Shown here: one piece after another, positions 24,871 through 32,000 of the stretch
How positions within the stretch are numbered: position 1 is the first letter of the stretch
Layout of the letters: each line of letters opens with the position of its first letter
Assembly (NCBI RefSeq): GCF_001481685.1
Contig: NZ_CP006867.1
Span: forward strand, 1,110,001-1,142,000
Reading direction: 5' to 3'
DNA length: 32,000 nt
Origin: Ignicoccus islandicus DSM 13165
GTDB taxonomy: Archaea; Thermoproteota; Thermoprotei_A; Sulfolobales; Ignicoccaceae
Notes under the pieces: generated by a model
Database searches by the model: none
What the model saw: only the letters and a program-made list of their open reading frames with translations
What the model was told of the DNA's origin: nothing
Program-made: the position numbers and the translations under genes

Positions 24871-25779
24871 TTGGAGAGCTTCCTAAGGGGGCTCAAGGGT
24901 AGGGTTGTTGTCGAATCGCCGCCCGGTCTATGGAGGGAGGCGAAAGCCGTATGCTCGTTTATCGAAGAGAGAGGTTTGGAATGCGTTAGGTCGGCCATGC
25001 CTAGCTTCGGCGCTTGCCTAGTATTCCAAGACTTGGGCGACGCAATAGTCCACTTAGGTCATTACCCTTACCCTTGGTGGAAACCTTCGAAGAAAACGCT
25101 GTTCCTGCCTTGTCCTTGGAAAGGTGAGGTTCGATTACATAAAATTAAGAGCGAGCTGGAAGGGAAGAGGACGCTTGTCGGTACGACCGCTCAACACTTG
25201 GAGTCCGTGAAAAAGGTCATAGATGAAATGAAAGCTGAAGGAGTGAACGTGGAGCTTTCCTTCAGCACGCCCCGTGGACTCGTTTTGGGTTGCGATTACA
25301 CGGGTTTGAGGAGGGGTTACGACGAGTACTTAATAATAGCTGGAGGAAAGTTCCATTCCTTAGGTGCATCTCTATATTTAAAGAGGGACGTTATAGCCTT
25401 CGACCCTTACTCTGAAAGATGGGAAAGAGTGAATCCATACCCGATTTTAAAGAGAAGGTTATGGAAAGTGTCTGAGGCAATGGAAGGAAGGGAAGTTGCG
25501 ATAATAGATGGAATAGAGGGGCAAAGCAGGGAGAACCTAGTTAAGGCATTGTTCCTCGAGGCCTCTAGGGGAGGGTTTAAAGCTAGGTTATTTAAGGCTC
25601 CAATACTCACTAAGGAGTTCGTTGCGAACGTTCTGGAGGAGGTAGATTTCGCAGTAATTACCTCTTGTCCCAGATTACCTTTGGACGACTATGGAGACTT
25701 GGAAAAGCCAGTTCTCGCGCCCGGTGAGGCCAGGGCTGTCTTTAGGAGGAATTTGGAGCTCTACTCGTTTCCATTCTGA
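24871..25779 (+). CDS. dph2: Diphthamide synthase subunit Dph2 (2-(3-amino-3-carboxypropyl)histidine synthase)
   Basis: [13 protein letters not shown]. Three conserved Cys contexts ([22 protein letters not shown]). TTAQH. TTG start. The frame is open upstream to 24829 with no canonical start codon. Confidence 0.9.
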   Translation: MESFLRGLKGRVVVESPPGLWREAKAVCSFIEERGLECVRSAMPSFGACLVFQDLGDAIVHLGHYPYPWWKPSKKTLFLPCPWKGEVRLHKIKSELEGKRTLVGTTAQHLESVKKVIDEMKAEGVNVELSFSTPRGLVLGCDYTGLRRGYDEYLIIAGGKFHSLGASLYLKRDVIAFDPYSERWERVNPYPILKRRLWKVSEAMEGREVAIIDGIEGQSRENLVKALFLEASRGGFKARLFKAPILTKEFVANVLEEVDFAVITSCPRLPLDDYGDLEKPVLAPGEARAVFRRNLELYSFPF

Positions 25780-25919
25780 AGGTATTTAGCCATTATCCGA
25801 TACTTCACGTACTTGTCTTCCGGACTGAATCTAGGTGGATGCGGGACCTTGGTAGGGGTTCCACACACCGGACACGTTTCCTTAAACGTATACCTGCCGC
25901 AGTTGGGACACTGTCTCAT
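25761..25919 (-). CDS. nop10: H/ACA RNP protein Nop10
   Basis: Not in the ORF track (52 aa). Minus-strand translation: [52 protein letters not shown]. It has the Nop10 zinc ribbon and the P-x-RFSP-x-D-x-Y motif. It lies 8 nt downstream of aIF2alpha, the conserved gene pair. Confidence 0.9.
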   Translation of the reverse strand: MRQCPNCGRYTFKETCPVCGTPTKVPHPPRFSPEDKYVKYRIMAKYLQNGNE

Positions 25920-25927
25920 TAACCATT

Positions 25928-26725
25928 TCAACTTTGCTTCACCTGTTGGAACTGGTATAGGTGGAAGCCCTCCTTCTTAGCGTCCTCAAGTATCTTTTGT
26001 CCTATGGCCTCCAAGGTCTTGCCAGCCGTCTTGTAGTCGAACGCGTGGACCTCTATTACGTACCTAGGCGCACCTATAGTGTATATTCTAACCCTTATTT
26101 CGTCCCCTTTCATGAAATCGTAAGCGTTCATTAGGACCCTCCTTATCTTGTCTACTCCTTCCGGGTCGAACGTTTGGAGTATTGCCATACCCTTTAGCAC
26201 AGCTTCTTTGATCTTTACGTGCGTCTTAGCTACCTCCTCAATAGCGCTGGCGATCTCTTCGGGAATCCCGGCCTTCACCAAAATTTCCTTACCCTTTAAC
26301 GCGGTGTCCTCGAAGACGCCAAGTAAGTCTCCGAACTCCTTCTGAATTAGAGGTTCGAGCATGTTGTAGAGCTTATCGTAATCCATTCCAGTCTTTTCCG
26401 CAACTATTTTGAGGAGGTTCTCGCCTTTCTTCAATCTCTTGTACAGTAACATCTTCTGCCTCTTCTCAGACTCGAGGACCTTCTTCAAGGAAACGTCAAC
26501 GGTACCCCTTTTCTTGTTAACCCTGATGACCTTCACGACGATCTTCTGGTTCTCTCTTAAGACGTTCCTTATGTTCCTGACCCATCTGGAAGCCACTTCG
26601 CTCCATGGTAAGTAAGCTTCCAAATCGTTGTATTCGTCTAGAGTAACGTAGGCACCGTAGTCGAACACTTGCCTAACTGTGGCTACTACGAGCTCTCCAA
26701 CTCTAGGAAGCCTCTTTCTAGCCAT
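25928..26725 (-). CDS. eif2a: Translation initiation factor aIF2 alpha subunit
   Basis: N-terminal S1 domain [27 protein letters not shown]...[15 protein letters not shown]. 265 aa. Confidence 0.95.
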   Translation of the reverse strand: MARKRLPRVGELVVATVRQVFDYGAYVTLDEYNDLEAYLPWSEVASRWVRNIRNVLRENQKIVVKVIRVNKKRGTVDVSLKKVLESEKRQKMLLYKRLKKGENLLKIVAEKTGMDYDKLYNMLEPLIQKEFGDLLGVFEDTALKGKEILVKAGIPEEIASAIEEVAKTHVKIKEAVLKGMAILQTFDPEGVDKIRRVLMNAYDFMKGDEIRVRIYTIGAPRYVIEVHAFDYKTAGKTLEAIGQKILEDAKKEGFHLYQFQQVKQS

Positions 26726-26796
26726 CTTTAAGTTCCCTGATATTAACGGGGAGGAGGCGTTTAAGACTTCAAAAGCAGGAGACGCTATTCAAAACC

Positions 26797-27333
26797 TCAA
26801 GTTATTAGTTCCTTAACTTTCTCCGCTAGCTCCTTAGGAGCTGCTTCAATCTTCACTTCTTCACCGTTCCTCAGCTTTATTATTATCTCCGAGTAACCCA
26901 TGAGTTTACCGAGAGCGTCCGTAGCTACTGTAACTTCGCCAATAACGTTCTTTGGAATGCTTCTAACCTTACTATATAGTGGGAACTCCACCGATATCGT
27001 TAAACCTTCATCGCTTAAGACGTACTTCATTGACCTAACGTAGATTACTAACATGTAGAATTCCACGGCAACTACTATTAGAGCTAACGCCGCGTACAAG
27101 GGACCGTAGAGGTAAAAGAGAATCATTGAAGGCAGTAATGAAATCAAAGTGAGTACGAATGCCCTTTTCGATACGAAGTACGAGAGCGCTATCACGGCAA
27201 TTGGCAGAGCGTACCAATAGCTCCTGTAACTTTCTGGTACGAGAGGTGCCGCTAGGATAGCGATCGCGCTCAAGATTAACATTAATATTTCGCTAAAGTA
27301 AGCTCTCAAGGTAGGCTTTATGACTACTTCCAA
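26797..27333 (-). CDS. Membrane protein with C-terminal bacterial-PH (YdbS/DUF304-like) domain
   Basis: Three or four hydrophobic helices are followed by YVLSDEGLTISVE...IPKNVIGEVTV...IIIKLRNGEEVKIE. TTG start. Confidence 0.6.
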   Translation of the reverse strand: MEVVIKPTLRAYFSEILMLILSAIAILAAPLVPESYRSYWYALPIAVIALSYFVSKRAFVLTLISLLPSMILFYLYGPLYAALALIVVAVEFYMLVIYVRSMKYVLSDEGLTISVEFPLYSKVRSIPKNVIGEVTVATDALGKLMGYSEIIIKLRNGEEVKIEAAPKELAEKVKELIT

Positions 27334-27442
27334 ACTCTTCTAACCCAGCTAACTCTCTAATGCGAGGTCTTTTATCGCTATTTTTCGTTGCAAGTGATCA
27401 ATTTTTATTTCGGATCTTCGGAAAGCTTGGCGGTAAGGCTTC

Positions 27443-27928
27443 TTGAAATCTAAGCTCTATTGCGAAATGTGTGGATCCCCAATAGAAGGAAAGGCGTATC
27501 GAGTGGTAGTGGAAGGAACGGAAATGTTGCTCTGCGAGAGGTGCTACAGATCAGTTAGGGCGAAGGCCGTTCCGACTACTACTAAGAAGAAGGTCGAGAA
27601 AAAGGAGGAAAGGAAAGTTGAGAAGCCTAAGAAGAAGGTAGTTGAATACGAAATCGTAGAGGACTACTACGAGAGAGTTAGGGAGGCGAGGGAACGCTTG
27701 GGAATGAGTAGGGCTGAGCTTGGAATGAAGGTCGGAGTTGGTGAGAATGTTATAAAGAGAATTGAACTTGGTAGGTTGGAACCGGACCTAGAACTGGCTA
27801 AGAAGTTGGAAAAGGCGCTTAACGTAAAGTTAATCCGGAAGGTAGAATACACGGAGGAGGAAGGTCAGGCGAAGCTACCATCCGAAGAACTAACTTTAGG
27901 AGATATAGTGGTCATAAGGAAAGATTGA
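27443..27928 (+). CDS. mbf1: Archaeal multiprotein bridging factor 1 (Zn ribbon + XRE-type HTH)
   Basis: CEMCG...CERC zinc ribbon, a lysine-rich linker, and the HTH_3 segment RERLGMSRAELGMKVGVGENVIKRIELGR. Confidence 0.9.
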   Translation: MKSKLYCEMCGSPIEGKAYRVVVEGTEMLLCERCYRSVRAKAVPTTTKKKVEKKEERKVEKPKKKVVEYEIVEDYYERVREARERLGMSRAELGMKVGVGENVIKRIELGRLEPDLELAKKLEKALNVKLIRKVEYTEEEGQAKLPSEELTLGDIVVIRKD

Positions 27929-28125
27929 AGGCTCGGGTGGGGTCCAGCAATCTCCTCATTTCATCAGATGGACCGGACCCTCCTCATAGCCCAAACTTTC
28001 ATAGCGCCTTTTGAGATCTAAAAGGAGTTCCCGAGATCTGTGAAAAGTTGCGGCGTTAGAATGATTAGTTCTTGAACCAGCTAATTTAGGAGCTGTTAGC
28101 TTCCTTAAGCCCTTCCATGAATTAA

Positions 28126-30021
28126 TCAAGTAATTGGAGTACCCCTCACTACTACTCCCCTATAGAAGTCGTTGAGTATAGTGGCGTTGTTAGGCAATCT
28201 CATTACTATTACCTTCTCGAAGGAAGGAAGCTTATTTCCTATCACATAGATTACGGGCTTCCCATTAACGGTTAAATAATTTATTGGGCATTCGTTGAGA
28301 ATAGTTACGTTTAGCAGATCGCTAATGCCCTCTACTTTCTCGTTGAGGTAATTAGGCGTGAGCTTGTACGCCCTCTGTATGATTCCATTTAAGGGATATC
28401 CGGGAGGATAGCTGGCCCAACCCCTTACGTAGTCGCTGTAATTACCGGGCTCAACGATTACCCAGACGTACTTTAAGTTGCTTTCGTGAATGGCAAAGAG
28501 CCAAGGAACGTATTCGTAAAGGTTATCTCTATCTACCGAGTAGACGAGGCCGATGACCGAGTAACCCCTTTCCTTCAACCACTTGGTCATCTCCTTCGCT
28601 ATTGGGTACGTGTATTCGTAGTACTTTTCCACATGGCTATTGAAACTTACGTAATCTCCTGCCCTAAATCCATTGTAGGGGTTTAACCAGAGCCAGAGGA
28701 CTGCAAGTTTCTCGCCATTGACGGGCGCTACGTATCGAGCCTCGCCACTGCTTAGCGTAACTGAGTTCGTTACTAGAACCAAGTAAACTACATACAAGAC
28801 CATGAACTTCCTCCAATCCATATATCTCTTACTAAAGACATATAGCGTAATTACTATCGTTACGTGATATAGTAAAAGCGAGAGCGCCCCAATAGCTGAA
28901 AACAGTCCTTGTAGTCCCAAGGTGCCCCTATAAAGGTACACTATACTCAAGCCGAGTCTATTCAGTATGTCCTCAGCCAAGTAACCTAGAGGGCCGTAAG
29001 CTGTCCCGAAGACCAGGTCGACGAAGGTAGCGAATACGCTCGGTAATACTAACCATTTGAAATCTACCCCATAGATCATTAACAAGATCAATGGAATTAC
29101 TAAGTTTTGAGGACTTATAACTTTACTAAAGAGAATGAAGGCTAGAGCGGAAAGCGCTAGAGCGGAACCGAACTTCCCTCTTAAGGACTTGATTAAAGAC
29201 GCTATAACGAATAACGAGAACGTCACGGATAGAACGTAGTAACCGATTCCGTTCTTGGGCAAAGGTTTCCCGAAGCAAGGAGCAACTATATTAGCTATGT
29301 GAAAGGTCGCCACGTCGCCTGCTATTATGAGTAACGGGATTCCAGTGTATCCAAGGGAAGCGGGCGGTCTCTCGTTATGCATTGAAAGGACATTGGAAAC
29401 GTAACCTTCGCTAAGGAAGGGTAAGTTCAATGAAGCAAAGAGTAAGGTAGTTAGAATCAGGTCTCTAAACCTTCTCTCCCTTATCCACATTCCAACGAAA
29501 GCCGGTAACGCTATCCATGAAGTCTGTTTCGTACTTAAGGAAAGAGCCAAAGGTATCCAGTAGAACCCATCGCCTATTCGCATTCGATACAAAGCTTCGA
29601 CTAGTAGCGACGAAGCCAGTACGTCTGGCATACCGTGAACGGATGCTGTAAACCAAACGAGGGGATTCAATAGAATGAAGTTCCGAGAACCGCTCTTGAT
29701 CTCCTCGAGGCGCCTAGCCATCCAAAAGACTGCCGCTACTAGGACTATTTTCTCTATTACTCTGAAAGTCGTTAAGTTCAGCATCCCCAAGGTCTTGAGG
29801 GGTAGGGAGAGCGCCCCCCATACTAAGAGGGCGAACGGAGGGTAAGCGTACCATTGAGGGTACGTAACGGGGTTGGAATAGATCCAAGGTGTACTGGGAT
29901 CTACATTGTATGGATTAGTGAAGTTAAGTAAGAGCGCGGTTGCTCTGAAGAATACCGTGAAGTCGTAATGGTGAGATGTTAAGGAGATCGGCAGTAAGTA
30001 CAGCAGCGCCTCTATTATCAT
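28126..30021 (-). CDS. Polytopic membrane protein, GT-C-like glycosyltransferase (DUF2029/GT87-like), with ~200-aa C-terminal soluble domain
   Basis: 631 aa. First-loop HYDFTVFFRATALLLNFTNPYN resembles the DF...NPY motif of the GT-C/DUF2029 families. More than 10 hydrophobic segments are followed by a hydrophilic Tyr/Trp-rich C-terminus. Confidence 0.65.
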   Translation of the reverse strand: MIIEALLYLLPISLTSHHYDFTVFFRATALLLNFTNPYNVDPSTPWIYSNPVTYPQWYAYPPFALLVWGALSLPLKTLGMLNLTTFRVIEKIVLVAAVFWMARRLEEIKSGSRNFILLNPLVWFTASVHGMPDVLASSLLVEALYRMRIGDGFYWIPLALSLSTKQTSWIALPAFVGMWIRERRFRDLILTTLLFASLNLPFLSEGYVSNVLSMHNERPPASLGYTGIPLLIIAGDVATFHIANIVAPCFGKPLPKNGIGYYVLSVTFSLFVIASLIKSLRGKFGSALALSALAFILFSKVISPQNLVIPLILLMIYGVDFKWLVLPSVFATFVDLVFGTAYGPLGYLAEDILNRLGLSIVYLYRGTLGLQGLFSAIGALSLLLYHVTIVITLYVFSKRYMDWRKFMVLYVVYLVLVTNSVTLSSGEARYVAPVNGEKLAVLWLWLNPYNGFRAGDYVSFNSHVEKYYEYTYPIAKEMTKWLKERGYSVIGLVYSVDRDNLYEYVPWLFAIHESNLKYVWVIVEPGNYSDYVRGWASYPPGYPLNGIIQRAYKLTPNYLNEKVEGISDLLNVTILNECPINYLTVNGKPVIYVIGNKLPSFEKVIVMRLPNNATILNDFYRGVVVRGTPIT

Positions 30022-30043
30022 TTAAGCACCGATGGCGAAGTTC

Positions 30044-32000
30044 TCAAGGAGAGGTTTTAGGAGTATTTCCTAAAACGTATGTCGCAACTTCCCTAACGTA
30101 AGTTCCGAAGGATTTCCCTTTGGAGGCCTTTTCCAAGTACTCCCTCCAACTCAGTCCCATCCTCTCTTTCCAAACGGGATAGACTGACTTAAGGTTGCTT
30201 AGAGCGATTTCGTGGACCTCGCAGAACTGCCCGACTCTGGGTCTACCGCATATCGGGCAAGGGTTAGAGGGCTCTAAGTCCCCTAGTGAGTAAGCCAAGC
30301 TTAAACCGACTTCCCCTAGCCTCGGTAAATACTTTGATATCAACCTCTTCAACTCGCTCTTCGCCTCCTCTACTACTTCTTCCCTCTTCCTCTTACCAAG
30401 CCGCACGTTCTCCATCTCGATTTCGAACTTCCTCGTTAATTCAACGCTCGTCAACTCGGGGAAGAAGTTCAGCAGGACGGAGGCAACTGCTATACCCAAG
30501 TCAGTCGCGTAGACCTTACCCTTCAAGTCCCTCAAGTAACCCCTCTTAAACAACGTCTCTACTATCCTGGCCCTCGTAGCTTCAGTTCCAATTCCAACCT
30601 TCTCCATCCATTTAACAAGGCTCGCCTTAGTGTACCTCTCGGGCGCTTTAGTCAATTGCTGTCTCAAGGAACAACTTACCTCAACGACCTCGCCCTTCGA
30701 GAAGTCAGGTAATTCCTTCTCTTGAGGTGCAGAGAATGGGTAATATAAGCTCCATCCCTTCCATAAGGTTCTCCTTCCGGTAGCCTTCACCGTTACCCCA
30801 TTGACTTCCAATTCTACAGTTACTACCTCGTATTTGGCTTCGGTGGCCATAGTAGCCATGAAGCGCCTCACTATTAGGTCGTATATCATTGCATGTTCCT
30901 TATCGAGACCACTTGGGACTTTACCGGTAGGGTAAATGGCCGGATGCGCTGGATCGTCTTTCGGGCCGTTATTAGGTTGGAGGACGCCCTTCGTTTCCTT
31001 AATTAGTGCATAAACGTACTTCGAATACTGCGACTTCTTTAATGCGTCTAGTATTCCCCTCAAGTCTAAGTCCTTCGGATACTTCTGGCTATTAGTCCTT
31101 GGATAAGAGATATATGCGTCTAGATACAAGTCTTCAGCTATTTTCTGTGTCTTGGCTGGTGAGAAACCGAACAGCCTGGCGGCCTCTTGCTGCAAATCGG
31201 GAAGGTTGAACGGGTGAGGCGGTCTGAGCCTCTCAACTCTAGAAACGACGTCTCTAACCACGCCTCTATTGCACTTGCTTTTCCATGAGAGAGTCTCGCT
31301 CTTCTTCTCGAACTTAATAGATGGTTCAAACGTAACTCCCTTTGACGAAATTGTAATTGAAAAGTAGGGTAACGGAACGAAGGTACCGATCTGAAGTTCC
31401 CTCTTGACGGCTTCCAGTAAGGTCGGGCTCTGCACCCTTCCGGCCGATAAACTCTTCGATCTCCCGGTTGCCTCCCTATAGGCCCTCATTAACGCCCTCG
31501 AGACGTTTATTCCCCAGAGCCAGTCCAGTTCGTGTCTCGTTAGTCCGGCCTCCACCATTTCCCAATCTAACGGTCTCAAGTTCCTCCAAGCTCTCCTCAG
31601 CTCTTGGGGAGTCAGTGCGTGAAAGACCATTCTCCTTGCCTTTCGCAAGTCGCCTAAGTTCTTGATTACCATAAAGCCAATCACAGATCCTTCGATATCG
31701 TAGTCACATGCATTAACGTATAGAGAAGCTCCTTTGGCGACCTTACCTAGGACTAAAAGGAACTTTTTAGTATGGGAGGAACTTTTATCTATCTCGTACA
31801 AGGGTTTCCACTCGTATGAGTAGATGGGGAACGAATTGGACTTGGCAGCTATTCCGTACAAGTGGCCCGCCGCAGACGCTACTATTATTTTAGTTCCATT
31901 AACAACTTCCCAATAAGGAACGTTGTATAACTTCTTCTTTTTCGGAGTGCCGAGGGCCGAAGCTATCTTTTCGGCCGCCTTAGGCTTCTCGGCTATCACC
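30044..32000 (-). CDS. topA: Type IA DNA topoisomerase (TopA/Topo III-like); extreme 5' end probably beyond the right edge
   Basis: Toprim IAEKPKAAEKIA and CDYDIEGS. Active-site tyrosine context ISYPRTNSQ. C-terminal CPICGRP...C..H zinc ribbon. The track start (GTG 31999) is 1 nt from the window end. Confidence 0.92.
   Translation of the reverse strand, partial: VIAEKPKAAEKIASALGTPKKKKLYNVPYWEVVNGTKIIVASAAGHLYGIAAKSNSFPIYSYEWKPLYEIDKSSSHTKKFLLVLGKVAKGASLYVNACDYDIEGSVIGFMVIKNLGDLRKARRMVFHALTPQELRRAWRNLRPLDWEMVEAGLTRHELDWLWGINVSRALMRAYREATGRSKSLSAGRVQSPTLLEAVKRELQIGTFVPLPYFSITISSKGVTFEPSIKFEKKSETLSWKSKCNRGVVRDVVSRVERLRPPHPFNLPDLQQEAARLFGFSPAKTQKIAEDLYLDAYISYPRTNSQKYPKDLDLRGILDALKKSQYSKYVYALIKETKGVLQPNNGPKDDPAHPAIYPTGKVPSGLDKEHAMIYDLIVRRFMATMATEAKYEVVTVELEVNGVTVKATGRRTLWKGWSLYYPFSAPQEKELPDFSKGEVVEVSCSLRQQLTKAPERYTKASLVKWMEKVGIGTEATRARIVETLFKRGYLRDLKGKVYATDLGIAVASVLLNFFPELTSVELTRKFEIEMENVRLGKRKREEVVEEAKSELKRLISKYLPRLGEVGLSLAYSLGDLEPSNPCPICGRPRVGQFCEVHEIALSNLKSVYPVWKERMGLSWREYLEKASKGKSFGTYVREVATYVLGNTPKTSP

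Noticed and set aside
24829-24871. The Dph2 frame is open upstream of its TTG start and encodes ...[10 protein letters not shown], vaguely like the N-termini of other archaeal Dph2 proteins. This could suggest a non-canonical (CTG 24844) start or an indel.
   Set aside because: Only two or three residues match by eye, and no ATG, GTG or TTG is available in frame. The TTG at 24871 is adequate, and the evidence is too thin for a claim.
27951-27990. On the minus strand, ATGAGGA...CTGA...ATGAGGA resembles C, D' and C' boxes
   Set aside because: No terminal D box (CTGA) follows the second guide region, and both C-like boxes deviate from RUGAUGA.
30044-32000. Possibility that the edge-truncated topoisomerase is the C-terminal half of reverse gyrase
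   Set aside because: The sequence at the edge (IAEKPKAAEKIA) is the very start of a TopA/Topo III-type Toprim domain. That fits a stand-alone type IA enzyme whose start codon lies a few residues outside the window. This cannot be fully excluded without the flanking sequence.
1-32000. An apparently high share of TTG and GTG start codons (about 10 TTG and about 7 GTG among about 35 genes)
   Set aside because: The ORF track reports the longest ORFs, which inflates non-ATG starts. Several genes have plausible internal ATG alternatives. This cannot be evaluated without genome-wide statistics or N-terminal data.

Overview
The window looks like an archaeal chromosome segment, probably from a thermophilic Crenarchaeota/TACK-type organism. 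Evidence: an intron-containing tRNA, the aIF2alpha-Nop10 pair, the PCNA-PriS pair, TATA boxes about 25 nt upstream of starts, and many GTG/TTG starts. About 35 genes are tightly packed and most are core functions. These include proteasome beta, L37e, Sm, an SF2 helicase, tRNA(CAU) with a BHB intron, a NOL1/NOP2 m5C methyltransferase, chorismate mutase/prephenate dehydrogenase, the transketolase C-half, a RimK-type ligase, TrmI, an NrdG-like radical SAM protein and UbiD. They also include PCNA-PriS, a flavodiiron protein, a LysK/ArgE-type M20 hydrolase, Dph2, Nop10 (under 60 aa, so missing from the ORF track), aIF2-alpha, MBF1, a GT-C-like membrane protein and a type IA topoisomerase cut by the right edge. 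A secreted protein with thrombospondin-type-3-like repeats is cut by the left edge. One CRISPR array lies at 14161-14915 (12 repeats of 26 nt, crRNA strand inferred to be minus). No cas gene occurs anywhere in the 32 kb, and the array has a non-coding leader of about 570 bp with unusual strand-skewed composition. I saw no transposase, integrase or other mobile-element gene. I did not find a clear new multi-gene system. The best follow-up candidates are: the translationally overlapping DUF1152-like / nucleotidyltransferase-HTH pair; the orphan CRISPR array and its leader; an uncharacterised gene at the position downstream of PriS that Gins15 occupies in Sulfolobus; a CxxCH-bearing anchored secreted protein next to a ParA/MinD-like protein that lacks the Walker A lysines; and a pilin-like gene split at a G6 run. 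All homology calls come from reading motifs by eye; no searches were run.
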